Source of the DNA: Myxococcota bacterium
GTDB lineage: Bacteria; Myxococcota_A; UBA9160; JAFDDA01
DNA: 64,000 bases
Direction: 5' to 3'
Assembly: GCA_965228475.1 (NCBI GenBank)
Contig: OZ245817.1
Span: forward strand, 4,096,001 to 4,160,000
Positions 45,988-56,198 of this stretch are shown here, piece after piece (the stretch's first letter is position 1; every line of letters starts with the position of its first letter). The translations under genes and the position numbers were made by a program. Under the pieces are notes generated by a model. The model worked only from the letters and a program-made list of their open reading frames with translations. It was not told the DNA's origin and did not search any database.

Positions 45988-48434
45988 CGCCCGATGGGTC
46001 GCAGCGGCCTTCCCTCGCGGGCCCCCTGGATCTGCGCGGCGATGTCCGTCCGCTCGACGAGACTCGGATCGATCTGCAACGCCAGCTCGAAGGCCTCGAG
46101 CGCGGCGCGGTTGCGCTGGCTGCCGCGGCGCGCCACCCCGAGGTCGTACGCGTACTGCGGCCGGTCGAGCCCCCGGTTCGTCGCCATCTCGACGGCGCGC
46201 GCGAGCGCTTGCTCCGCCCCGTACCAATCGCGCTCGTGCATCAGGACGACGCCCAGCGTGTGCTGAACCTCCGGTGTATCGGCCAGCGCCTTGGCCGCCT
46301 GCTCGGCGTAGGGCCGCGCCTCGCTCGGACTCCCTCGCTCGTGGAGATGCAGCCAGGCCAGATTGTTCGCGGCGACGTCGGCTTCGGGGCCCCTCTCCTG
46401 GACGATCCGTTCGAGCTGGGCCATCGCCGGAGCCATGCGATCCGCTTCGATCAATAGCTGGGCGAGGGCGAGCCGACCCCTGCCAGTGAGCCTCGGTTCG
46501 ACCGCGAGCAGGGTCTCGAGGGCGCGCGGCACATCGCCTGCCTCGCGTCGCAAGGCGGCCAGTCCGAGCGCCGTTTCGCCGTCGTCGGGGTGCCGGCCCA
46601 GACGCGCCTCGAGCATTCGAATCGCCTCCGCCGGCCTCCCGACGCCGCGCAGGGCCTCTGCTCTCATCCGAACGAAGAGTCCGGAAGGATCCGCCTCCTC
46701 TTCGACGGAATCGAGCCAGGCCAGCGCCTCCGCAGGCTTCTCCGCCGCGAGGGCGCGAGCGGCCAACCGGGCCCAGGCGGTGGGTCCGAGGGGCCCGGCG
46801 GTGGCAGGCTCTTCGGTCCACCGAGCCTGCGCTCCGTAGCGCGCCAACGCGAGGACGACGGCTTCCGGCGGGCGTTCGATCGACTCGACCCACTCGAAGA
46901 TGCGCTGGGCCGCCTCATCGTCCCCGTTCTCGGCGAGGCAGGTTCCCAGGAGAACCAGATCGCTGACCGCGAGCTCCTGGGCGCGATGAACCTCCGCGAG
47001 CAGGGGCAGGCCGGCCTCGCAGCCGTCGAGACCGTGGAGGATGCGCGCGCCGGTCGCCGCAACGCGGGCAGAGTCGGGCGCAGCCCGGCGTGCAGCGGCG
47101 ACGCTCCGGCGTGCCGCATCCGCATTTCCGAGTGCGTTCTCGGCCAGGGCCAGAAGCCGCCAAAGCTCACCGTCGTCGTGGTCGCCCGCTGCGGTACGGA
47201 GCTTCGGAAGCTCCGCAGCCGCCTTCCCCGTGGCCAAGGCGATCCGCGCACGCATGCGCGCAACCGGGAGGCTCCCGGGTCGTTCCCTCGAAAGGTCTTC
47301 GGTGAGGGCAGCGACCTCTTCGAATCGCCCGGTCGTAAGCCATAGCTCCGCGAGGCGTTCGGCTGGCCGTAGATCTCGCGGAGCCGCTTCACGCAGTTTC
47401 AACAGCTCGGCTTCGGCCTCGTCGAGCCGCCCGGCCCTGAGCTTCCACTGGGCGGACTCGATCGCCAGCGTGACGTCGTCCGGCCGTTGCTTGCGCGACC
47501 GCTCGAAGAAGGTCTCCGCGGCCGCCGGGCCCTCCGTCGCCTCTTCGAGCCGCGCGATCTGGCGCCAGCCGATCGCGAGGGACTCGCTCGCGAGGAGCGT
47601 CGCCAGCGATTCCCTCCGCAATACGGCGTTCTCGCTGGCCACGGCGTGCAGGTAGGCGGTGGACGTCACCGCCACGACCGCGCCCGGAGGCGCTTCCCGA
47701 GCTGCAGCCAGCGCGTGACGGAAGGCGTCGATGGTGTCGGGGCGGTCCGCCAACGCGGCGACCTGGGCGAGGCCGAGGCGGGGTTGCCAGCGGTCCCCTT
47801 CGCTCGCCAGGGCGTCGGCCCGCGCGAACGCCTCCTCCGCTTCGCCGACCAGGCTCGCCTGTCCCTCCGTCAGGGGCAGGGCCTGCCGGAGCTCGAGCAG
47901 GATTGCAGCGCCGAGGGTCTGGTTCTCCTGGTATCCGTCCGCGCGGGCGCGGGCTTCGCGAGCCGCCTGGAGGGCCGACGCCGCATCTCCGCGCAAGAGC
48001 AGAAGTCGCGCGAGCAAGGCGTGGGCTCCGGCTTGCTCTGGATCGGCGGCGAGCAGCGTCCGAACCTCGGCAAGCCCTTCTTCCGGAGCATCCCTGGCAA
48101 GGAGCTCGGCCCGCGCGAGCCGCGCATCCGGCCGCGCCGGGTCGAGACGCAGCACCTCGCCGTAGTAGAAAACGGCGTCCGCGAGCCGCCCGTTCGACGC
48201 GGACAGCTCGGCGACCAACCGGTTCGTCTCCACGTCGAGCGGCCTGTTGCGCAGGGCCTGCCTCGCTTCGATGTAGGCCTCGCGGAGCGCACCGTCGGCT
48301 TGAAGTTCGAGAGCGCGGGTGAAGGCATCCTCGCCTTCCCGCGCACCGGAGCCGCAAGCCAAGGCGGCCAGGGCTCCGGCGACGGAAAGGCACTTCACGA
48401 CTGAGCCTGATTTGACCCGGTCTCCCCGTGCCAT
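45984..48434 (-). CDS. TPR-repeat lipoprotein (PrsT-like, PEP-CTERM-associated)
   Basis: AALAC lipobox; AANNLAWL..VQHTLGVV..YAYDLGVA; start may be a downstream GTG (~48398). Confidence 0.82.
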   Translation of the reverse strand: MARGDRVKSGSVVKCLSVAGALAALACGSGAREGEDAFTRALELQADGALREAYIEARQALRNRPLDVETNRLVAELSASNGRLADAVFYYGEVLRLDPARPDARLARAELLARDAPEEGLAEVRTLLAADPEQAGAHALLARLLLLRGDAASALQAAREARARADGYQENQTLGAAILLELRQALPLTEGQASLVGEAEEAFARADALASEGDRWQPRLGLAQVAALADRPDTIDAFRHALAAAREAPPGAVVAVTSTAYLHAVASENAVLRRESLATLLASESLAIGWRQIARLEEATEGPAAAETFFERSRKQRPDDVTLAIESAQWKLRAGRLDEAEAELLKLREAAPRDLRPAERLAELWLTTGRFEEVAALTEDLSRERPGSLPVARMRARIALATGKAAAELPKLRTAAGDHDDGELWRLLALAENALGNADAARRSVAAARRAAPDSARVAATGARILHGLDGCEAGLPLLAEVHRAQELAVSDLVLLGTCLAENGDDEAAQRIFEWVESIERPPEAVVLALARYGAQARWTEEPATAGPLGPTAWARLAARALAAEKPAEALAWLDSVEEEADPSGLFVRMRAEALRGVGRPAEAIRMLEARLGRHPDDGETALGLAALRREAGDVPRALETLLAVEPRLTGRGRLALAQLLIEADRMAPAMAQLERIVQERGPEADVAANNLAWLHLHERGSPSEARPYAEQAAKALADTPEVQHTLGVVLMHERDWYGAEQALARAVEMATNRGLDRPQYAYDLGVARRGSQRNRAALEAFELALQIDPSLVERTDIAAQIQGAREGRPLRPIGR

Positions 48435-48446
48435 CCGGCGACGCCG

Positions 48447-49091
48447 CTACTCCGTCCGGGTTCGGCCGGTCCGAATTCGGCCGGCCCGGGAGCGGCCGAG
48501 AACGAAGAGCCCGAGCAAACCGGCCCCGGCCAACGCACTGCCCGCCGGCTCGGGGACGGACCACGAACCCTGCGCGAGGAAGCCTGTACCGATCGCGTCG
48601 CTCCCAGCGAAGAGGGCATCGAATACGCTGGTGATCCGATTCTCGTCCGGAAGCAGCGACGGAGTGGTACCCAGCGGAACGGTCGTAGACATGAGAACGA
48701 GGAACACGGCGTCCAACGAGGCATCGAACGCAGCGGTCGCAACCTGGGACGTATCGAGCGCCGTGCTTCCCGCACCCTGGGAACTGATCGTCGGCAGCCC
48801 ACTCGTAGTGATCGTCGTGGGGTCGAACGGCACGAGCGAATAGCCGATGGACGGAAGCTCGAGGCGAGCCTCGAGCCACTGCATCGTCGTCGGGTGGTCG
48901 TAGTCGATACCGACCGATGCGGTAACGAGATCGCCGATGGCCAACCCGGATGTTCCGGCACCAGTCGCACTGTCCGCCCAGCCGATGATCGAACCCGAGA
49001 AATTGAAAGTAACGACACCGGCTTGCGCAGGCGCCCCCGCGACGATCGAGGCCGTGAAGATTCCCACGGCAATGGCGCGAAGCATGGACAT
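48447..49091 (-). CDS. PEP-CTERM protein
   Basis: GGAGGGAGG SD; signal ..APAQA-GVVTFNFSG; VPEPAGSALAGAGLLGLFVLGRSR. Confidence 0.88.
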   Translation of the reverse strand: MSMLRAIAVGIFTASIVAGAPAQAGVVTFNFSGSIIGWADSATGAGTSGLAIGDLVTASVGIDYDHPTTMQWLEARLELPSIGYSLVPFDPTTITTSGLPTISSQGAGSTALDTSQVATAAFDASLDAVFLVLMSTTVPLGTTPSLLPDENRITSVFDALFAGSDAIGTGFLAQGSWSVPEPAGSALAGAGLLGLFVLGRSRAGRIRTGRTRTE

Positions 49092-49159
49092 GCGATCCCT
49101 CCCCTCCTGGACCGATCCAGTGGTCCAGCGATGCGCATTGTTCGCCATGCGACGAGATT

Positions 49160-49192
49160 TTGGTCTGAAGGTTCCCTGCAGGTTGACTGCAG
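49160..49192 (-). promoter_or_regulatory. Three 11-bp-period repeats CTGCAGTCAAC-CTGCAGGGAAC-CTTCAGACCAA
   Basis: Hexamers at 49187, 49176 and 49165; upstream of the PEP-CTERM/TPR operon. Confidence 0.5.
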
Positions 49193-49215
49193 AAGAGGCG
49201 CCGACGAGGGAGGAA

Positions 49216-49803
49216 CTACGACCCGACCAGTCGGTCCATGTAGTGGTCGAGATGCGCGAGCTGTCGCTTCGCCGTCCAGGTGTCAGGATCGAACATGGCC
49301 CGCAAGCCGATGCCGTCGACGTGCGCGGCCAGGTTGTGGGCTTCCATCTCGATGTCGATGGCCGAATCGATCAAGCCGTGTTCGATCCCCGTGCTCAACG
49401 CATGGGTGATGCCCCGGATGTAGACGACGTAGCGCGCGGTCATCTCCTCCGCGTGGCGTGCGGACGTCGCGGCGCGCGCCCAGAACGGCATCCAGACCGT
49501 CCACTCGTCGCGCGTGCGTGGGTCGAGCGGGAGCGCCAGCGCCATGGCCCCACGCAGATCCTTGGGGAAGCGATGGATGTGGCGGAGCATGCGCTCGCCC
49601 ATGGCCGAGTTGACGTACTGGAGGGCGGCCCAGAGCACCGCCTCCTTGTCGGTGAAGTAGTAGTTGACCATCCCGGTGGTGCAGGCGGCGCGCTCGGCGA
49701 TGTCCGTCATGCGGACCTCCTCGAGGCCCTTCTCGGCGATGGCCTGGGCCGCGGCCATCGCGATCCGGCTCCGTCTCTCCGCGTGATCTACGTTCTTCGG
49801 CAA
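49216..49803 (-). CDS. TetR family regulator (BetI-like)
   Basis: TTG 49803 with GAGG; PKNVDHAERR..GLEEVRMTDIAERAACTTGMVNYYFTDKEAV. Confidence 0.9.
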   Translation of the reverse strand: MPKNVDHAERRSRIAMAAAQAIAEKGLEEVRMTDIAERAACTTGMVNYYFTDKEAVLWAALQYVNSAMGERMLRHIHRFPKDLRGAMALALPLDPRTRDEWTVWMPFWARAATSARHAEEMTARYVVYIRGITHALSTGIEHGLIDSAIDIEMEAHNLAAHVDGIGLRAMFDPDTWTAKRQLAHLDHYMDRLVGS

Positions 49804-49856
49804 GCCCGCCTCGCTCGCATCTATTTGGAATCCAGGGGTTTCTCGTCCTGAAGCGT

Positions 49857-49918
49857 ATCGTATTAATGGGTATGATTCCGGTTGTAATGATATCAGAGAG
49901 TATGATACCGGTGAATAC
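49857..49918. promoter_or_regulatory. AT-rich divergent promoter with three 15-bp-period ATGAT units
   Basis: TATGATTCCGGT, AATGATATCAGA and TATGATACCGGT at 49871, 49886 and 49901. Confidence 0.6.
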
Positions 49919-49950
49919 TGCATGAAGACTGGCGAGCGAGGAGCAGACCC

Positions 49951-52900
49951 GTGACGGACGCCCACCGCGGCGGCCCCAAGGCCCCTTCGACCGACACCAT
50001 TCTCGCGGTCCGGTTCGGACGGTTCGAACTCGATGAAGCGACTTACCGGCTGACCGGCGAAGGGCAACCGATCCGGGTCGAGCCGAAGCCGTTGGCCCTG
50101 CTCTTCCACCTGGTCCGCCACCGCGATCGCGTCGTGACGCAGGAAGAGCTCCGCCAGCTGCTCTGGCCCGACGCCATCGTCAGCGGCGACTCGCTCTTCC
50201 ACGTCGTCATGAAGGCAAGGGAAGCGCTGGGCGAACGCGGCAAGAAGGACGGCACCATCCAGACGATCCGCGGCCGCGGCTTCCGCTTCGCGGTCGAGGT
50301 CGAACCCATCGCCGACGCTGCCCGCGCGCCGAGCCATCGCGTCCCGGAACGGCCGAAGGCGATGCGCTCGCTGATCGGACGCGAAGGCGAACTGAAGCGA
50401 CTGCGCGAGATCCAAGCGGCCACGAACGGCGAAACGGGGCGCGTGGTCCTCGTGGAGGGGCCGGCCGGCATCGGCAAGAGCCGGCTCGTCCGGGAGTTCA
50501 TCGAAGGATTGCCGCCGAACTCCTGCGAGATCCACCAAGCGACCGCACCGGAAGCGGGGGGAGCGCCGGCCTACTGGCTTTGGGTCCAGATACTCCGCTC
50601 GTGGCTTCGCAACGCTCGGGAGAATCCCGGCGCTGCAGTCTCGGACATCGAGCGGCTGCTCTCGGAACTCGGCGGTAGCGAGACCTCGGACACCACCGAG
50701 ACCCTGGACTCCGAAACGGCACAGTTTCAACTGATCGACGATCTGGCGCGCTGCCTGCGCGACCATGCGAGGGAACGGCCGCTGCTTCTCGCCTTGGAAG
50801 ATCTCCAGTGGATCGACGCCGGCTCGGCCAAGGCATTGGCGTTTCTCGCGGATACGATCGCCACGGCGCCGATCCTGATCGTCGGCACCTGCCGCGATGT
50901 GGAACTCGGCCCCGATCATCCGCTGGAACCAGCGCGCGTGGAATGGATCCGACGGGATCTGCTCGAAGTGGTTCCGCTCGTGGGCCTCGACCCGGACGAA
51001 ATCACCACACTCGTCGCGGACGTCACCGGCTACGAGGCCGACGATGGCTTCATCGAGGCGCTCTGGTCGCGCACGCAGGGCAACCCGTTCTTCGTCCGGC
51101 AGATCCTTGCCCTGGCCCTGGCGCGGAGCGACCCGACGGAGAAGCTCGACGAGCGCCTGCGGAGCGAGGTCGGAACGATCCCCCACGAAGTTCGGCGCGT
51201 CATCCGCGGCCGGCTCGCGCGGCTCGACGGACCCACCCAGATGGTCCTCTCGTGTGCCGCGGCCTTCGGGCCCGAGTTCGGGCTGGCCGCGCTGGCCCGC
51301 TGCGTCGATCTCGACCGCGCTGCCTTGCTCCGGGCGCTGGAACGCGCCAGTACCGAGCAGATCATCGCACCGCGGGCCACACTCGAGTTGCCCTACTCGT
51401 TCACTCACGGCCTGCTCCAGGAAGTCGCATACGCGGAGCTCGATGCGACGGAACGCGCTCAGGTCCACCACCGAATCGCAGCAGCACTCGAAGAGCTGCA
51501 CGCCGATCATCTCGAGCCGGTCGTTCCTGCCCTCGCCCGTCACTATCTGGAAGCCGCCCCGTTGCTCGAAGGGGATGAAGCCGTGCGCTACGCGAAGTGG
51601 TCGGGCGACCTGGCTCGCGACGGCCGTGCGTACAAGGAGGCGGCCGAGCACTACGGGAGGGCCCTGCGCGCCCTCGACCTGCTTCCGAACCCGTCGACGG
51701 AACGCCGGGCGGAGCTCGCGGTCTTGCGAGGCTTCGCGCTCCAGACGTCCGGCCGGCATGAGGAGGGCCGACAGGTTCTCCACGAAGCGCTAGGGGTCGC
51801 AAGGGATGCGGGCCTGAAGAACTTGATGGTGGCGGCCGCAGTCGGGTTCGCGGAGTACGGGCTCGGGCTCTCCGACCTCGCAGCGGTCGACGCCCTCGAG
51901 CAGGCAAGGGACGCGCTCGAAAAGCCGGAGGGCATGCTTCACGTCTGGGTCTATGCACTGCTGGCGACGAACCTCGGCAACGAACGGGATCGGCTCGACG
52001 AGGCCCACGCGCTCTCGATGGAGGCCGAGGAGATCGCCAACCGGCTCGGCGAACCGGGCGCCCAGAGCCTGGCCCTCTCCAGCCGGGCCGCCGTTCAGCG
52101 GCTGCACCCTGCTGGACAGCCCGCCGAACGTGCGGACGTCGCCGCGCGCGCCGCCGCGCACGCCGCGGAGGCGCGCGACCCGAACGCCGAGCTCATCGCC
52201 CGGATCCAGCGCTTCGGAGCCCTGCTCGAGCAGGGGGACATCAGCGCCGTCGACGCAGAAGGCGTCCAGCTCGACCAGGTACTGCAGAAGCTTCGCTCCC
52301 CCTATTGGGAGTACGTCCGACCTTCCCTTCAGGCCATGCGTGCGCTGCTCGACGGCCACTTCGACGCAGCAGAGCGGCTGGCCCTCGAGGCCTACCAGGG
52401 AACCGAGCACCCGCGCTTGAACCTGGCGGCCGCGCTCGCCGGAATGATCGCCAGCATCCGGCACCAGCAGGGTCGCCTGGAGGAACTCATTCCGGCCTTG
52501 GACGCGATCGTCTCGCAGGATCCGAAGATCCCGGCGCTGCGTACCGCGGCCGTGGGTGCACTCCTCGAGGCCGGGAGGGAGGAGCAGGCGCGCGACGAAC
52601 TCCATCGAATCGCCGCCGATGGTTTCGATTCGATCGTCGGGACCGAGAGCTGGCTGTGCTCCCTCGCGATGCTGGCCGAGGTGGCAGCGCGGGTCGGAGA
52701 CGAACAGCAGATCTGCGCCTCGCTCTTCGAGATTCTCGAACCTCGGTCGGAGCAGTGCATCATCATCGCCAACGGTCACTACTGCCACGGCCCGGTCACG
52801 CTCTACCTCGGAATGCTCGCCACGGCCCTCGAGAGGGGGGCGGAAGCCGAGCAGTACCTCGAGGACGCCCTCGAACGCAGTGAGCGTCTGCGCTCTCCCG

Positions 52901-53046
52901 TCTGGCGAGCGCAGACCCTGGCGGCGACCGCCCGTCTCGGACGGGCGAGTGGCAACCGATCCCTCGGACAAGCGGCGCGAAAGGAGACGCTCGCCATCGC
53001 CAAGGCGCTGGGCATGGCCGCGCTCGTGAGGGAGTTCGCCGGGTGA
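49951..53046 (+). CDS. wHTH - STAND AAA ATPase - TPR regulator (B1, chimeric)
   Basis: RFGRFELD..IQTIRGRGFRF; GPAGIGKS; LEDLQWID; QGNPFF. Confidence 0.92.
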   Translation: MTDAHRGGPKAPSTDTILAVRFGRFELDEATYRLTGEGQPIRVEPKPLALLFHLVRHRDRVVTQEELRQLLWPDAIVSGDSLFHVVMKAREALGERGKKDGTIQTIRGRGFRFAVEVEPIADAARAPSHRVPERPKAMRSLIGREGELKRLREIQAATNGETGRVVLVEGPAGIGKSRLVREFIEGLPPNSCEIHQATAPEAGGAPAYWLWVQILRSWLRNARENPGAAVSDIERLLSELGGSETSDTTETLDSETAQFQLIDDLARCLRDHARERPLLLALEDLQWIDAGSAKALAFLADTIATAPILIVGTCRDVELGPDHPLEPARVEWIRRDLLEVVPLVGLDPDEITTLVADVTGYEADDGFIEALWSRTQGNPFFVRQILALALARSDPTEKLDERLRSEVGTIPHEVRRVIRGRLARLDGPTQMVLSCAAAFGPEFGLAALARCVDLDRAALLRALERASTEQIIAPRATLELPYSFTHGLLQEVAYAELDATERAQVHHRIAAALEELHADHLEPVVPALARHYLEAAPLLEGDEAVRYAKWSGDLARDGRAYKEAAEHYGRALRALDLLPNPSTERRAELAVLRGFALQTSGRHEEGRQVLHEALGVARDAGLKNLMVAAAVGFAEYGLGLSDLAAVDALEQARDALEKPEGMLHVWVYALLATNLGNERDRLDEAHALSMEAEEIANRLGEPGAQSLALSSRAAVQRLHPAGQPAERADVAARAAAHAAEARDPNAELIARIQRFGALLEQGDISAVDAEGVQLDQVLQKLRSPYWEYVRPSLQAMRALLDGHFDAAERLALEAYQGTEHPRLNLAAALAGMIASIRHQQGRLEELIPALDAIVSQDPKIPALRTAAVGALLEAGREEQARDELHRIAADGFDSIVGTESWLCSLAMLAEVAARVGDEQQICASLFEILEPRSEQCIIIANGHYCHGPVTLYLGMLATALERGAEAEQYLEDALERSERLRSPVWRAQTLAATARLGRASGNRSLGQAARKETLAIAKALGMAALVREFAG

Positions 53047-56000
53047 AAGCCCGGCCCACCCGAGGGTTCGGGCAGGAGAACGACCGCGTGAGCACCGGAC
53101 CGCCCACAGAAGAAGGCCCCTCGCAGCTCCCCGCGCTTCGCTTCGCGGGCTTCGAGCTCGACGAAGCCACCTACCGGCTGACTCGAGGCGGGCACCCGAT
53201 TCGCCTGGAGCCGAAGCCGCTGGCCCTGCTGTTTCATCTGGTCCGCCACCGCGACCGGGTCGTAACGAAAGAGGAGCTCCGGCAGCTGCTCTGGCCCGAC
53301 GCCATCGTCAGCGGCGACTCGCTCTTCCACGTCGTCATGAAGGCAAGAGAAGCGCTCGGCGAACGAGGCAGGAAGGACGGCACGATCCAGACGATCCGCG
53401 GCCGCGGCTTCCGCTTCGCGGCCGAAGTGGAGCTCCTTATCGACGACACCGTTCCAGGCAGCGGCGCCTCGGAGAGGAGCCCTTTGGCGACGCGCTCCCT
53501 GATCGGACGCGGAGCCGAGCTTCAGCGGTTGCGGGAGATTCACGCTGCCACCGGCCAGGGCAGCGGGCGCGTCGCCTTGGTCGAAGGACCGGCCGGCATC
53601 GGCAAGAGTCGACTCGTTCGGGAGTTCGTGGAAGGGTCGTCACCGGCTCTTCGCGAGATTCATCATGCCACCTCGCCGGAATCGGGGGGCGCGCCGGCCT
53701 ATTGGTTGTGGGTGCAGATTCTCCGCTCCCTGCTTCCGGTGGCGCGCGAGAGTTCCTTCGAGGACGCCCCGAGCATCGAGGCCCTGCTCGCCGAACTGAC
53801 GGGCGCTGGCGGACCGGCGCTGGCCGACATGGCGGATGCCGACGAGGCCGAGTTCCGGCTGCTCGACGGCCTGGCGACCTCCCTTCGCGACCACGCCGAG
53901 AAGCAGCCGATCGTCCTCGTTCTCGAAGACCTCCAATGGGTCGATTCGGGATCAGCAAAGGCCTTGGCGTTCCTCTCGGACGCGATCGCGACGGTACCGA
54001 TCCTGATCGTCGGCACTTGCCGCGATGTCGAGCTCGGACCCGATCATCCGCTGGAACGAGCGCGCGTGGAATGGATGCGGCGGGACCTGCTCGAAGCGGT
54101 TCCGCTCGCGGGGCTCGACCCGGACGATGTCACCACGCTCGTCGAGGAGGTCACCGGCTACGAACCCGACGATGGCTTCATCGAATCGCTCTGGACGCGA
54201 ACGCGGGGCAACCCATTCTTCGTCCGCCAGATCCTCGCGCTGGCCCTGGCGCGGACCGACCCCACGGAGGAACTCGGCGCGCGACTGCGGAGCGAGGTCG
54301 GAACGATTCCCCAGGAAGTTCGGCGCGTCATCCGCGACCGCCTCGCGCGGCTCGATGGACCCACCCAGATGGTGCTCTCGCGTGCCGCGGCCTTCGGGGC
54401 GGAGTTCGACCTGGCAGCGCTCGCTCGCTGCGTCGATCTCGACCGCGCTTCCCTGCTGCGAGCCCTGGAGCGCGCCAGTGCCGAACAGATCATCACCCCG
54501 CGGGCCACGCTCGCGAAGCCCTACGCTTTTTCCCATGGCTTGCTTCGGGAAGTCGCGTATGCGGAGCTCGATGCGAGCGAACGCGCGCAGGTGCACCGGC
54601 GGATTGCGGAAGCACTCGAAGAACTCTACGCCGATCGCATCGAATCCATCGTCCCCGCCCTCGCCCGGCACTACGGGGATGCTGCTCCACTCCTCGAGAG
54701 CGATGAAGCGGTGCGATACTCGAAATGGGCGGGCGACCTGGCGCGCGACAGCTGTGCCTACCAGGATGCCGCCGAGGCCTTCGCGCGGGCCATCCGCGCG
54801 CTCGACCTGCTGCCGGACGCAACTGCGGAACGCCGCGCGGAGCTGCTCATCTGTTCGGGGTTCGCGCTCCAGAGCGCCGGGCGCAACGAAGAGGGACGAA
54901 GCCAGCACCGAGCCGCGATGGCCCACGCCCGCAGCGCCGGCAATCCGAAACTCTTTGCGGCCGCCGTCTTGGGGTTGGCCGAGGTGGGTGTCGGCGGAAA
55001 CGACCCGGAACTGCTCGAGCTCTTGGAGTCCCTCGAGGAGGCGCTCGCAGGGCTCGAGGCCGTCGACGAGGACGAAGGCCCGCTTCGGATCTGGCTGCTC
55101 TCCGCGGTCGCCGTGCGCGCCGCACCGCTCGGGCGCCTCGCGCGCGCAAAGGCGGCCTCGCACGAGGCCGCCGAACGGGCCCGGGCTTCGCGAGACCCGA
55201 GCTGGTTGGCGTGGGCCCTGGCCAGCGTCTCCGAGGTTCGCCGGTTCGACCCCGAAACGCTCCCGGAACAGCGCCTTGCACTCTTGGATGAAGCGTCCGA
55301 ACGCGCCGACGACGCGCGCAACACGAACTTCGCGATCGTTGCGTCGGTACAGCGCTACGGCGTCCTGATGGAGCTCGCCCGCCGCCAAGAAGCGGAACGC
55401 GAATGCGAGCGCATGGCGGAGCTCGTCGAGCGGTCGCGATCTTCGTACTGGGGCTACCTCGTTCCGAGCCTGCGGTCGGGCCTCCTGAGCCTCGACGGCG
55501 ATCTCCCCGGCTCCGAGCGGCTGGCGCACGAAGCGTTCGACCGCAGCGACGGTCCGCACCTGCAGCTCGCCTCGGCCCGCGCCGGCAGCCTCGCCATGAT
55601 CCGCTACCAGCAGGGCCGCCTCTCCGAGCTGCTGCCGGCCGTCTCGGCGCTCCGCGCAGGCTCCTCCTTGACGGGCGTGCTCGACTCCGCCGAGATCGCG
55701 GCGTTGATCGAGACCGGAGACGACGCCACCGCGCGCGAGCGGCTCGACGAAGTCGCTGCCGATGACTTCCAGGCCTGCCTCGGCAAGGAGGCGTGGATCC
55801 TCTCCCTCTGCACGATCTCCGAGGCCTGCGAGGATCTCCACGACGAAGCCCGCGCCCGCACGCTGTACGCACTGCTCGAGCCGCGCGCCGACCACGCCGT
55901 CATCGTGGACAACGGCCAGCACGTCCACGGCCCCGTTGCCTTCTTCCTCGGCATCCTGGCCAAGACCTTCGGCGATCTCCCTCTCGCCGAGGAGCGCCTG

Positions 56001-56198
56001 GAACACGCGCTCGACGTCGCGAACCGGCTGCGCTCGCCCGTCTGGCGCGCCCATGCGCTCGGTGCCCGGGCCTCCCTGGCCGTCGCCCACGGCGAACGGG
56101 CGGAGGCCCGGCGGCTGGGCCGCGAGGCGCTCGGCCTGGCCGACCCGATGGGCCTGGCCCGGGTCCTCCGCCGCCTCCGGGCGCTCGAGCTGACCTAG
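53043..56198 (+). CDS. wHTH - STAND AAA ATPase - TPR regulator (B2)
   Basis: Same motifs as B1; GTGA overlap with B1, alternative GTG at 53088. Confidence 0.92.
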   Translation: MKARPTRGFGQENDRVSTGPPTEEGPSQLPALRFAGFELDEATYRLTRGGHPIRLEPKPLALLFHLVRHRDRVVTKEELRQLLWPDAIVSGDSLFHVVMKAREALGERGRKDGTIQTIRGRGFRFAAEVELLIDDTVPGSGASERSPLATRSLIGRGAELQRLREIHAATGQGSGRVALVEGPAGIGKSRLVREFVEGSSPALREIHHATSPESGGAPAYWLWVQILRSLLPVARESSFEDAPSIEALLAELTGAGGPALADMADADEAEFRLLDGLATSLRDHAEKQPIVLVLEDLQWVDSGSAKALAFLSDAIATVPILIVGTCRDVELGPDHPLERARVEWMRRDLLEAVPLAGLDPDDVTTLVEEVTGYEPDDGFIESLWTRTRGNPFFVRQILALALARTDPTEELGARLRSEVGTIPQEVRRVIRDRLARLDGPTQMVLSRAAAFGAEFDLAALARCVDLDRASLLRALERASAEQIITPRATLAKPYAFSHGLLREVAYAELDASERAQVHRRIAEALEELYADRIESIVPALARHYGDAAPLLESDEAVRYSKWAGDLARDSCAYQDAAEAFARAIRALDLLPDATAERRAELLICSGFALQSAGRNEEGRSQHRAAMAHARSAGNPKLFAAAVLGLAEVGVGGNDPELLELLESLEEALAGLEAVDEDEGPLRIWLLSAVAVRAAPLGRLARAKAASHEAAERARASRDPSWLAWALASVSEVRRFDPETLPEQRLALLDEASERADDARNTNFAIVASVQRYGVLMELARRQEAERECERMAELVERSRSSYWGYLVPSLRSGLLSLDGDLPGSERLAHEAFDRSDGPHLQLASARAGSLAMIRYQQGRLSELLPAVSALRAGSSLTGVLDSAEIAALIETGDDATARERLDEVAADDFQACLGKEAWILSLCTISEACEDLHDEARARTLYALLEPRADHAVIVDNGQHVHGPVAFFLGILAKTFGDLPLAEERLEHALDVANRLRSPVWRAHALGARASLAVAHGERAEARRLGREALGLADPMGLARVLRRLRALELT

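Noticed and set aside
48384..48399. GCACTTCACG resembling the CRP boxes
   Set aside because: Only one half-site, within or at the start of the TPR coding region
49216..51783. 855-aa ORF
   Set aside because: Only the last 195 aa are the TetR; the remainder is intergenic or antisense to regulator B1
36488..56198. STAND genes as Avs-type anti-phage defence
   Set aside because: The N-terminal domain is a transcriptional wHTH, with no nuclease, TIR, SIR2 or protease effector; a defence role is unsupported though not excluded
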